From NCBI GenBank assembly GCA_973895155.1, contig OZ316896.1, positions 10,303,525-10,367,524 of the forward strand: DNA of 64,000 bases. Direction: 5' to 3'. Under the pieces are notes generated by a model. The model was given only the letters and a program-made list of their open reading frames with translations. It had not been told where the DNA came from and made no database searches. The translations under genes and the position numbers were made by a program. Positions within the stretch are counted from its first letter, which is position 1, and each line of letters opens with the position of its first letter. Positions 11,949-23,386 of this stretch are shown here, piece after piece. Source of the stretch: Marsupella aquatica (taxonomy: Eukaryota; Plantae; Marchantiophyta).

Positions 11949-14900
11949 CTAATCTAATAACATGTCGTTGAGATCATCCTCATTTGGTGTTCTGGGAGGC
12001 TCTTCCTCAGTTTCTTCTTGTTCCTCTTCGGTCTCCTTCATGACCTCAACTACGTAAGTCGATGTCCCGAGAACACCCAATTGGCCTGCAATTGGTGGTT
12101 GAATCTCATGACCTTCAATGTCGTGCCCTTCAATCTGGGATTCTTCATATAAATTCCAGTTTGACTCCAAAATCATGATCCGGGATTTTACAAAATCAAT
12201 CTGCGCAGAACTCTTATCAACAGCACAACCCTGGCGAGAATTGAGGAGCATAGCAGCTAATATCGATCCGGTTCCACAACAAAGATCAATAACCCAATCC
12301 TCTTTCTCAGAGAAATGGGAAACAAACCAAGCCCCCAAACCAACAGGCTTCTGATATGGGTTCACAACAAATCCCAACGGATCAACGGACTTCTTGGTTA
12401 CACATGGAACCTTGATGATATTGACGCGAGACTCATCCGGTTGGAAATTGTACATGTTCATGTTCCGAATGCCTTCCTCGCTATAGAAACCTATCGACCA
12501 GTTCTCAAAACCCCACGCCAATCGAGCTCCAACGGGACGCTCATGAATGTTAGTCTTCTCCCAGATTCCAGCCTCGACCCCACAGTTGCATACACTCTCC
12601 AGTGCAGACATCACCATATGCGTTTGTTGTAGTGAAGGGATCACAACAAACCTCCACTGCTTAGCGGTCGTCATCTTTGAGAAACTTGTCAACATGTCTA
12701 AAATATCCTTTTCTGTGAAGGCCACTTCATCAAACTCCGAACCAGGAGCATTAAAACCATACGGAATATCCGCAACCGCAAGGGTGTAAGCCCTTGGCTG
12801 AACAAAAGAATCCAAAATTCGAACATCACCAACATGGAGATAGTAGGGAAAAGAATCCCCGTCTGCATTTTTCCATGTTTGTTCAAACGCTTCTGCTCTG
12901 CCCTCGCCTAAGGACCTCAGCCTATTGTACTTATCGATTGCAGCAAGCACAAAATTCTTAAACACATAAGGGATTTCAGCTGAGGGAACAATAACCTCCC
13001 CCGCAGAATTATAAGTGACAGCCGGAATCACTTTGCTTTTCCTTTTTGAATTAATCTTCAGCTGTAAGAATGTCAGACACATCTACAGTTAGAATAGCGT
13101 GAGATGAATGCTAAAGCCGATAAAAATCTCGCGATGGAGCACGCTAGCCAATAGATGGAATCGCTTAGAAACCAACAAAGGAATTCTAAAGCCGATAAAA
13201 ATCTCGCGATAGAGCATGCTGTGAGAGGAATGCTTACCGCGTCACTCAATTTCTCCGCCCATATGCCAAGGACCAAGACATCTGTTTTGTTGGGAAACAT
13301 TTCTCTGCATGTTGCCCAATCTGGCTGACCAGATATCTGCAAAAATAGTTTCTTCACCTTGGCAAGATTTTTTAACTTCTCACCTTCCTTGTGCATTTGA
13401 TCCAAAGTGATCACCTTCCCGATAACCCTATTCAAGAGACGCTTGACATGCTCCTTATTTGACAGTCCTTGGAGACCTCGAAATGAATTTAAGTTGAGGT
13501 CACCAGCAAGTTTATTCATTTTAATCTCCCTTACCGTCAAAGGTTTTACCTTTCCCTTTGCGTTTGTCATTGCCACAATTTTTTTGGGTTGTCCTAAGAC
13601 AATACCTTTCTCCCACATCTGGAAAATCTTCTCCTGAAGATCCCAAATTTCACCTGTTCGGAAAGCAATTTGGAAAGCCGGATCATGTTTGGCCATGGAG
13701 TCACGAACTCCTGGCGTGTACTCCATCATGCATTCTTGACAACATGCTTCGCGGACATCTTTAGTCGAGCCCACACCCATTTCAAGGAAAATATTGTGAC
13801 AAGCGTGAACTTGGTCAATTTTAGTCATGTTCTTCCGATACTCCTGGTCATAGTTATGCTGGAAGCCTAACTTTCGGACCTTGGATCTCGTAAGCCCAGC
13901 GTAAACCCAAGCTTCCAGCTCACCATATATTTGCTTTCCGTACATTTTAAACAACTCGGACTTTGCCCGAGCAGCATGATTCCCTCCAATAATTCTATAC
14001 TTCCATACCCTTGACTTCAGGATGTCCCAATCTGCGGTTGTGGGACAATCCTTCGGATCCACACACAGCACGAACGGGGCACTAAAGTTGGTGGGGTTTT
14101 TCATGAGAAGTATCTTGATATTTTCCACATGCAATCTATCCACTGGTCTAATCAAAGTTGACAAATCCCCCTCCTCATCAAATATGAGATTGTCGACATG
14201 CAGAAGCACAGTTGTCCTTTGCACCCTTCGTTGCATCAGAAGACTGAGCTCTGCCTTGATCGCGTCCGTCTCATACATCGAAAGAGCCGTCTCCTCCTCC
14301 TGATCAGCCTACAAAAGCGTTGCAAATTCAATTAAGGAAAGAAACTGCAAGATTTTTATCGGAGTTCGCATTTGTTCAACATAACTCCACAATCCGCAAT
14401 TCAGGAAATAAACAGCGAGATTTTTATCGGATTTCGTATTTGTTAAACAGTACAACGATGTAGTACTTACCAATGGCGCCGCAGGAACCGCGACTGGAAC
14501 TGATGGAATTGACAGAGCTCTATCTACTTCTACAGCCACCGTCTCAGTCCTGCCAGTCCTCTTCCTCTTTGTGCTAAGTCCAGAACCAGATGGCCCGGAT
14601 CCCTCGGATCCTTTACTTTTGCTTGGTTTAACGTATGGTCCTCGACGGTTGCCCCGGCCTCTCCCACTACCGCCAGTTTCCTGGCTCTTCTTCCCACCGT
14701 CAGAGGTTCCCGCGGCATCTCCCCTGCCGCTACCTCTCCCTTTCCCTTTTCCACTTCCCGAAACCCGACCAGAAGTTGTAGGTTCGTCCACATCAATATG
14801 TGTAGAGGATTGCAATGGTTCTTTCCGCCCCGACATTTCATCGACATTAGAACCACCGCTGCCACTTGAACCTGGTTTCTTGAAAACAATTTTGCGGACA

Positions 14901-15439
14901 GGTTTGAACTCTTCACCCACAAGTCTCTTGTACTCTGCGTTCACCCTTGGAAGCATGATGGCATCACAATCTTGCACATACTGGCCGATCCAAGCCGAAC
15001 CCATAACATTCATCTCTCTTGCTGCCCGAACGTCGGCAACAAGGGGATCTTCTGGATAACTGTCCATCGATTTCTCATCAAAGTTATCAAGAGTAACAAT
15101 GAGAGATGTGAAACCCTTGCGCCCACACATTGTCAAGAAACTAAGGCCCTCTGTCAACACTTTTCCCTCCCCGTGGCCAACCATGAACTCGACGACGACA
15201 ACAGCAATGACAGGGCCATACGAAACATTAACCTTCGCCAATTTTTGCAACTGGACCCAAAGGATTGGGGTAGCACAGTCTTCAAAACCCGTGGACTGTA
15301 ATCTAGCGTCACGGAAGTACCATGACTTCTTGATACACTTGACCTCTTCACAAATGTCTTCACTTGTCCAAATTGCATTGGTGAGGCTTGTCATGAGACT
15401 TTCTGCCTCAACAGATCCACTCTTTCCACTAGCAACCAT
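11949..15439 (-). CDS. Three-exon ParB/Srx-fold + beta-class N6A/N4C DNA methyltransferase fusion, ~1050 aa (exons 15439-14471, 14308-13238, 13061-11949)
   Basis: Both introns (14470-14309, 13237-13062) are GT..AG, phase 0 and join the ORFs in frame. ParB-like RPVDRLHV...YRIIGGNHAARA. MTase motif IV ADIPYG precedes YQKP and motif I VIDLCCGTGS, the beta permutation. Acidic tail. Confidence 0.82.
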
Positions 15440-15621
15440 GGAAAAGTCTGCAAATAAACAAATTCCAATGCAAAGAGCGATAAAATTATCGCCGCCAATC
15501 TCACAGCACATGTGGACACGACATCTCATCACACAAGGACAAAGAGACCGATAAAATTATCGCAAAAGTGAGCCTTCTTTAAATTGACGACCGAGTGTAC
15601 AGGTCGAAGAATCAGCTACGG

Positions 15622-15664
15622 AACCCTAAATCCAAAACCTTAACCCCTAAACCTAAACCCTAAT
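15622..15664 (-). promoter_or_regulatory. Telobox-like (AAACCCTA-type) cluster upstream of the ParB-MTase gene
   Basis: aaccctaaa...aacccctaaacctaaaccctaa, upstream of a probable 5'-UTR intron (~15449-15600). Confidence 0.45.
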
Positions 15665-15713
15665 CATAGTTGAACCTCACCAGAGCGAAGCGTTCGATCC
15701 GCTTCTTGGGCCA

Positions 15714-16373
15714 TTAGGGAATATGAGTGACGCGATGATCATAAGCCCACATCCAATGGAAATCAACTTCACCAGTCTCAGGATTCACTACTGCTACTGA
15801 ATACCGGCGTGACGGAATGTCACAACAAGCATTTGTGCAGCATGGACAGATCTCACCATTGGCAAGGACGTTCGTCCACAGGCAACTTACATAGATCAAG
15901 TTAAAGAGCCCACAGACCGGCTGGGGGGGGAGTTGTTGAATCTTGTATGAATATAGTTTCCCACCAGTGTCAATAAAAAACTCGATGGCAAGAGGATTGT
16001 CCAGCTCGTCAATCACATCCTGAATCTCATCGAATGCTCTACGTCTGTTGTCAGCATAGAATTCTGGCTCATAAGCAAGATTGCCCTTCACAACATGACA
16101 GCAGTGGAGTATAAAACGTCTTACTGCACCGGTTTTCAGAAAGAGTAGGATAACTCTTCTAGAAAATCCAACATATCTATCCCACTGAATATAAATTTCT
16201 CCCCCTACCTGATCTACGTAGAAGTGAAATGCGTTATGGTAAAACGGTTTTACTACCAACCTGCATATCTTTAAAATTAGTGACTCATCCAGCCTCCTTA
16301 GCTGGTCCAGCATGGCTCCATTCCCCCATTCTGGAGGATTCGGGTAGGGTACAAAAATGCGTCGCTCGAGCAT
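15714..16373 (-). CDS. Hypothetical cargo protein of element 1 (219 aa, Cys-rich C-terminus)
   Basis: Open 660-nt ATG ORF inside the element, co-oriented with neighbouring cargo genes; no recognised family. Confidence 0.55.
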   Translation of the reverse strand: MLERRIFVPYPNPPEWGNGAMLDQLRRLDESLILKICRLVVKPFYHNAFHFYVDQVGGEIYIQWDRYVGFSRRVILLFLKTGAVRRFILHCCHVVKGNLAYEPEFYADNRRRAFDEIQDVIDELDNPLAIEFFIDTGGKLYSYKIQQLPPQPVCGLFNLIYVSCLWTNVLANGEICPCCTNACCDIPSRRYSVAVVNPETGEVDFHWMWAYDHRVTHIP

Positions 16374-16665
16374 GGCCTGATCACCGAATAGAAATCAGGA
16401 ATAAATTTTGGAGAACATACTAATTACAATTCTACAAGTTTCATCCAACTTTACAGTACCTTGTATAACGGGCTGTGAAGCCAATGCACTTGTCAGCTAA
16501 TCGTCCGAAGAGGCGTTAACAAATACACTCTGGACCACACAACCCGAAGTCAGGGGAGGGAGAGTCAATTATATTCAAAGTGTTTCTTTACAAGCACCCA
16601 AAATCGACTAGAGGAATGAGGAGTGCGATAAATTTATTGGATGTTCGCAGCAATGCCTCATCCAC

Positions 16666-17214
16666 TCAGACTCGTCCATGCCATGCAAGAATTGTTCGCT
16701 TCCCGCTTTCTCCAAGATTTATCCAAACTCTACGAAACTGATCTAACTGCTCATACGAAAAGCACCCAAGCATATCTATGGGAGGGAGGAAATGAGTTTC
16801 CTCTCGGAAGACCCTAGCAATATGTAGGTTTGAGAGAAGGTCGGCATTAGGAATGCTTGCGAGCATTTTGTTTATGTCATTGATCTCACGGACTGCATAT
16901 TTCAATAGCGCCCAAAATCGTGTACCAACAACAAGATGGTTCCATTTCTTGGAGGTGGCTCCAAGACAAATGATTGTTCTCATTCGAGTCAGTCGTTCTT
17001 CTGGTAGAAGTTTTAGGTCAAGGCCAAGGTGTTCATCTTGTGTGCAAGACAAGGCTAGGAGGGGCCAAATGTGAGATTCAACAAGTTGATCGGGAAGTCC
17101 ATTCAACAAACTTCCGCATTCCACACCGGGCACTTTTCCTCGAATATATTTCCTACGCTCGTGGGCTGAAACGGATCCCATCTTTGCAACGATTAGATTC
17201 ACCGATGCAGCCAT
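16666..17214 (-). CDS. F-box-like cargo protein (182 aa)
   Basis: LLNGLPDQLVESHIWPLL...LGATSKKWNHLV; homologous to the three ORFs at 60.8-62.6 kb. Confidence 0.7.
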   Translation of the reverse strand: MAASVNLIVAKMGSVSAHERRKYIRGKVPGVECGSLLNGLPDQLVESHIWPLLALSCTQDEHLGLDLKLLPEERLTRMRTIICLGATSKKWNHLVVGTRFWALLKYAVREINDINKMLASIPNADLLSNLHIARVFREETHFLPPIDMLGCFSYEQLDQFRRVWINLGESGKRTILAWHGRV

Positions 17215-17408
17215 GAAGCAGAGCTACCAAAACCACCAATAAAAATACCTTCAATCACCAGGTGTAACTGAACACATCCACAGTACCAACCCTGCACGAC
17301 AGCTTAACGATTAGGACTCGTGACGTATTATATTCGCTGCGCAAGGGTAGGACTTGTTTATTTAAATATGTCCTTCCAAGATGCGCCTCAATGAAAAGTT
17401 CGAAACAC

Positions 17409-17738
17409 TCATCGTGAAAGGTTCACCCAAGGGTCTTCGTTCCAAATCTTACAATAGAAGTGAGCCTGTTTGTGGTACTTGTTGTCAAGACGACGACAAC
17501 AATAGTTACAAGAAAACTCCAAAGAATGTAAACACGCCGTTAACATCAACCTCAAACGAATTGGAACTCCTGCATCATTCATTCCGCAGAATTCAATGCG
17601 GAGAGGATTCTGCTTATCTCCAGGATCAGTACCACCCATCCACAATGCTCCTATACCGATGGGGAGAACTTTGAGTCGCACGAGTCTCTTGTACAACCGG
17701 CGTGCACGTTTGACACAATTTTCAAGGAAGACAGCCAT
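17409..17738 (-). CDS. Possible small cargo ORF (109 aa)
   Basis: ATG ORF co-oriented with the other cargo genes; no homology recognised. Confidence 0.3.
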   Translation of the reverse strand: MAVFLENCVKRARRLYKRLVRLKVLPIGIGALWMGGTDPGDKQNPLRIEFCGMNDAGVPIRLRLMLTACLHSLEFSCNYCCRRLDNKYHKQAHFYCKIWNEDPWVNLSR

Positions 17739-18651
17739 TTGTCACAATACCTGTTGTCCACGGAGTGCAATCGACCTTCCATTGTGCCTCCTAAACTCGG
17801 CAACACTACGACATCAGAGATGAAGATGAGTCTCCAAATAAAACAAAGGAAAATGATTCTCACAGGAAGATGCGATAAGTTTATCGCACTCCGCATTCGA
17901 ATTGAAAATATGACTTCCTCAAACACCTAAGCCCTGAATTCAATCTTTCACAAAAATGACAACTCCGATAAATTTATCGGATTCTCAATTGCTCCTCTTT
18001 CCATCAAAGGAATGAAGACTCCGATAAATTTATCGGAATGAAGGCAACACCTCTCTAAACACTGGATCAAATGATTGCAACAGAGGAATGCAAAATGCGA
18101 TAAATTTATCGCAGTCCGCTCGGATCTGGACATTTTACACTAAATGACTAGTTAGTCTTACATGGAGAACTTGAACAGGAATAGCTGTTCCGATAAATTT
18201 ATCGGGTTTTTGGTAGAAAGAGTCAAATCGCTTGGGAGGAATGTAAGACTTGATGGGAGTTTGGTATTCGCTCTCAATCAGGAGATATTTGCTCTGGCGA
18301 AAGCAAACATTTTATGGGCAGCCCGCTCCTCTTTATATAGGAGACGCTCTAAACCATGGTTAATTTCCCCTTAACCATGGTTAATTTTCTCCTTTACCTG
18401 GGTTAGTGCGTGGTCGTTCCTGGATTACGCGGTTCGGACCAAGTTACTCGCAGTTCGGACTTTTTCACTAACGGAATGTAAAACCCGATGCACGTATCGC
18501 TCCCTGCATTCCCGCGGCGATGCAATGGAGGAAAGTGGCATTTCGGAGAGTTTTTTCCAATTTTATCGGTCATTGCATTGCCTTAGAAAAAAAACGGGAT
18601 CGGGCTAAATGAGAACTCTGACACACTTTTCGGTCGGTCCGAAATCGTGTT

Positions 18652-19135
18652 TTAAAGCCTTGAACAGTGACGCGCAATCCGCATAATCATCCAACTGCTT
18701 GATGATATGCGGCTTGAGATATAGCATCACTGCATTGACAGCAATTACCTGCTCCTGTCTCCACTGTCTCACATAAATCTCCTCCTCTCCATCATACTGC
18801 TCTCGCGAAGAGAGCAGATAAGCTAAGCCCATGTCCCGTAGAACACCCTTCACTTGCTTCTCCCACAGCAAGTAATCAGTACGACCATCGTACTTCTCCA
18901 CCTCAAACTTCACTCCTCCAAATCTAGCCATCTCCCTCTTCTTCCCTACTACCGATAGCTCTGGTAGTAGTACAACTTCCTCCAATGCACGCCTCACCGG
19001 TGATCGTACCGGTGATACAAGTTCCTCCTCAAATGGTAACAGCTCCTCCTCAGACTCTCCGTCTGACCGTTGCGATCCTGAAGCTCCACCGACGCCAATT
19101 CTTCCAGTATCCTCCGAGTCACTCATATGAAACAA
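18652..19135 (-). pseudogene. Copia gag N-terminal part
   Basis: KFEVEKYDGRTDYLLWEKQVKGVL. Removing 6945-18651 plus one TTAA rejoins the frame as ...SLFKALREKYYREDASDRLYKK. Confidence 0.9.
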
Positions 19136-20764
19136 TCACGAAAAAACGTCTTTTTTTGAAACTTCTCACAAAACTCAAAACTCAACACCACCGCGTAGCC
19201 CACGAAGCTAGGAGTCCAATACTGAAAGCCGGAATCAAAATTGAAATTCGACGGAAAAGTTATTCAAATTTTGGTCAGGGTGGGTAAAACCTTGGGAAAC
19301 TCCCCCATTTTGACCACCTCGGAGAATAACCAAAATACCTAGTACAACCTGTCGTCGGAATTGCAATGTGATCGGTGCGCCGCGTTGCTAACTCCAGTGG
19401 CAATGTCCTCGCCAAAAAAGAACCAAAAAAGTTATCATTCGGGGGACAAAATCTTTGTCGGACGGTCAAAAAACAGCTGTCTGTTTTTCAGGAATATTCC
19501 CGCACAATCCAACAGGTCTCATAGGGGGCCGTTCCCCCTGTCGGAGCGGTGAAAATGGAGGGCCACCGGGCCCGGGACAGCCAATAGAAGAACCGGGAGG
19601 AAAAAGTTAAAAAATTGGCCTAAAAGGGGGGTAAAAGCCCCTTAGCAAAACAAATACGCCAAAACGCGCATCCGCGTTGTCGGCGAAATCTTTAGTTCTT
19701 AGGAAGCACTGAGCTCTTGTTTTTCCTATCTTGGAAGAAACCTTTCCAAAATACATCTTTTCTCACCTCACATTACCCTTGCGATCCCCTTTGTCGATCA
19801 ATTTCTCTCACCGTTATACTCTAAAATATCTCTCACAGCCTTTATCCCACTCTACGATGAGCGGCTTCCTCACACTAAGCCTCAAATCGGCCTATCCTCT
19901 TTCCACATAACTTACTTCCCAAGTCAAGTCATAGATTGCAATTTCCAACGAATCCTACAACTAGATAAGTCAATTATAGAAAACAAAGACTATGATCTTA
20001 ACATTTACCATAGATGATATAATCACAGGCTCTAGCATCCTAAGCATAACATTGTATCTTTTATCTCCATATTTTCTAACTAAAACATCTTTACAATCAA
20101 CCTTCTTACGACATACCACTCTAATGTCAATAGATGAAGGAAAATCAGACACATTATTAGGAAGCCTATTCAAATCTAACTCCGGTACATTTATGGATTG
20201 TCTATTAAAATCCATCTAATATAAAATAAAAATAGTTACATTCTATTCATTTCCATAAACAACAATCGGGTATACAAATGGTGCATCGCTATTCATAACT
20301 ATTTCCATTAACTCAAACCCAAAATGATAAAGAAGATGCATTCTCATGGTATGTTTGCTAAAACAATGAATTCTAATTAAAAAAGGATTGACAAATGACA
20401 CAGCAGGTGGGGGATAAACTCTAGGTACTCCATTTATCATATTATTCATTACAAGCACACTAAATTGATCTCAAGACTAATAAACATAAAACATAAAATA
20501 GTTCTAAGGCTAACAATCAAGTTAGTACCCAAGCATGGAGGTAAATAATAAACAAGACATGTGCACAAGAGGGGAATAGTTTCTTACATTGTTGCGAGTC
20601 CAACACGATAGATCAAACAATGCGAATGAGGAGAGTGTGCTCCTCTTCACTTTATTTATAGTGCCATTTTGTGTTTTCCAAGAGGGCATGGATCGATGCC
20701 TTGACCCTTGGATGGAAGCCAAGTGGCAAGCATCAAGCACCTATAAGTGTGCTAGTACTATTCA

Positions 20765-21008
20765 TAGTTGGTGGAACTACTGTGCGTAGTTGGTGGAATT
20801 ATTACGCATAATTGGTAGAACTACTATGCGTAATTGGTGCAACTACTATGCGTAGTTGGTGAAACTACTATGCATAATTGGTGCAACTACTATGCATAGT
20901 TGGTGAAACTACTATGCGTAATTGGTGCAACTACTATGCGTAGTTGGTGGAATTACTATGCATCTAGTTTGTAAAACTACTATGCGTAAATGGTGGAACT
21001 ACTGTGTA
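20765..21008. repeat. 22-bp tandem minisatellite, ~11 copies
   Basis: Unit tagttggtggaactactatgcg with variants. Confidence 0.9.
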
Positions 21009-22287
21009 CCATTGTAGAATGTACACACTACATATATAATGTAACATATATGCTCTAATAGTACTACTATGAAGCTTTTAAGTAAAACCCTCTTCACATA
21101 AACTCAAATAACACAATATGGATTCTAGCCTTCTAAAAGGAATCCCCATGACAGCGTCGCGCAACGCGAGGCGGATCAGGGGGAATACAGGGCGTCGAGG
21201 TAGGGGTCGAGAGTATGGCAGGGGCGTATCGGGCCGCATATAGGCGGCGCACAACAACGAAGGGCCGGGGTTTAAACAAAGTCGTGAGGTGACTTCGCGA
21301 TTGTCTGAGGGCAGTCGCCGGTTGCAACGTGCGTAAAGGGGTGGGGTGAGCGCGGGGCCGGCTCGCGAAGGGTTGGTCGGGGGTGAAAGGCCGGCGCGGG
21401 GAGAACAAAATTCAGGCCGGGGCGCGCACCGGTCGGCGCTGCGGGAAGCAGCCGGCCGCGGCTGCGATCAAGTGAATGCTGGAGGGAGGGGGCCAGTCAA
21501 GGGGGTTCAAGGGTAGAGGTCGGGAGGTTATGAGGTGTGTATACACACCTCGTGTGTGTATACACACACCAACAACCCCCACTAAACCAGAAAAAATAGC
21601 CCTTAAAAAAATGGTTGTGTTACAAACCTTCTCACTCCCGCATTAGACAAGCAAAGTGAACACCGCGACGGGAAAAGTTGCCAAATTTCACCGGCACATT
21701 TTGCAGCTCCAGTAGAGGAAAAACTTTCCGTCACGTCGCCTTCACTCCGCGTCAAGCGCCAATCCCGGGCTCAAAATGACCGCCTCGCCGCGATCAAACC
21801 GTTGAGCCGTAGCACTTTGCGTTTCTTCCACCAAGTCGGACGTCACGAAGAGAAACCCGGTTCAGATGAGAACAAGCTCCATAGCTTGTGAAAAAATCTG
21901 AGCGACTCCTTCACTCATCATGACACACTCGGTAATAACTCGGCAGCAACTCAGCTACCGAAATGACCAGCTCGCTTCAACCTTCAACTGGAGCTATAAT
22001 GTGCGATCCCTCCCACACCGCACGGCTCACACCGTTGAAAAACGTGATCTCTGGTCTCTCTCCCGAAAAGCCGTCGAACACGAATAAAACCTGAACGATG
22101 CAAACTTCAGTTCCTTCGCACCACGGATACCGATCAGCGAGTTCTAACCACCATTAGAATGCCCTCTCACTAACCTATCCGCATAGCCACACACATTCGA
22201 GTTTCATGCGATGAAACTCCAAATGTACCATCGACAATGAACGCTGGAAAAACCTATCACAAAAAGACCTCGTCACCTCCCAGGCAT

Positions 22288-22299
22288 GCTCTGATACCA
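22288..22299 (-). promoter_or_regulatory. Primer binding site (tRNA-iMet)
   Basis: gctctgatacca reads TGGTATCAGAGC on the minus strand, 2 nt inside the 5' LTR. Confidence 0.93.
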
Positions 22300-22301
22300 C
22301 T

Positions 22302-22645
22302 TGTTGAGCATAGACGACATTCGTAACGACAAGCCCATGAACCATCCAACGTACAATAGTCGACACAGAGAGATACGTGGCTCACCTCCACATGAGGCTA
22401 CGTCCACGGGAACACACAAGAGCTTTACTGCACTCTAGGCCGACCGACCATACCAAGCATCCACAACACAAGCTCTCCCTATCTCTCAACTAGTTCCGTA
22501 ACAATGAGCCTAAGTTCCACCAAGGTCTGGCATCAGCCCTGGCTATATGCACACCAGCACTACCACTAACATTAGCTAAGTCCTAACCCGAGTTAGACTA
22601 ACTGTGGTTAATTCATGAGTCACAAGACTAGAGCAATATCTAACA
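22302..22645 (-). repeat. 5' LTR of the copia element
   Basis: Direct repeat of 833-1176, adjacent to the PBS. Confidence 0.95.
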
Positions 22646-23386
22646 CCTTTTTGCACTATCCTCTACAGTGACTTATCGTGGCATATGACCAACCTTTATA
22701 GAGTATGTTAGGAACTATGAATATGGTAGTCCATCAAATTTCAAGCTTTGAGACCCTCTAATGAAACGGCGAGCAAGGTGGAAACGAAACTTAAGGCCAA
22801 AAACTACAACTCCAAAATTCAAAAGTTTACCCCAATGCAGTTCTGTTTGTTTCCTACATGGAACAATACTCAAGTATGTGGAGCTCTGTCCAGCATGGAC
22901 AAGTTTCTGAAGTTTCTTTGCAATATTGTGAATCAATATGTTTATGAGTGACGCATTTTGGGCAAAACTTAATTGCTTGCCCAAAATGTATTTAAATTTC
23001 TTATTGAAGATTCCCAAGACAAGGAATTGAACCAGTGGTTTGCAAAAGTATATCATTTGCACACGGAAGCAAATGGCCTTGAAGAAGTAGTCAAATTAAG
23101 GGGGGTCCACGCCAGTCTCTACAGATTAGGTTCCCTTCTCTACAGATTAGGTTCCCTCATGGCGTTGGTACGTACGTTTATAGATGTCCAGGAAATTGCT
23201 AGATGCTGATAATTAAATCAACAGTTGCACTGGAGGGTTGTTTGGGTCTCCGTAGGTGTAGTAGGAGACAAGCTTATTGTTTTTGAATTGAAGCGTGGCT
23301 AAGCCATAGCCAAAATGGAGATTGCTAAGGAAATCAAGGAACAAAATAATTATGATCGATAGACCCAAGGTACGTAACCATGGAAT

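Larger units (their letters stand above)
6945..18651 (+). mobile_element. 11.7-kb TIR DNA transposon with Sola-like (DUF7869-type) transposase and cargo genes (element 1)
   Basis: 25-bp TIRs aacacgatttcagaccgaacgagaa (6945-6969) vs reverse complement of 18627-18651, 22/25 identical; TTAA on both sides (6941-6944, 18652-18655); excision restores the gag frame. Confidence 0.92.
833..22645 (-). mobile_element. Ty1/copia LTR retrotransposon, decayed and interrupted by nested insertions
   Basis: Two 344-bp direct-repeat LTRs with TG..CA ends (833-1176, 22302-22645); 5-bp TSD CCTTT (828-832, 22646-22650); PBS and PPT present; domain order gag-PR-INT-RT-RNaseH on the minus strand. Confidence 0.97.

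Noticed and set aside
11949-15439. Bacterial or phage contamination explaining the ParB-MTase
   Set aside because: The gene has GT-AG introns and lies within TIRs inside a plant copia gag gene.
6945-18651. piggyBac or Kolobok classification from the TTAA target
   Set aside because: Termini are not piggyBac-like CC..GG and the transposase motifs look Sola/DUF7869-type; a phylogeny is needed for final placement.
20765-21008. CRISPR-like short repeats
   Set aside because: Contiguous 22-bp units with no spacers; a minisatellite.
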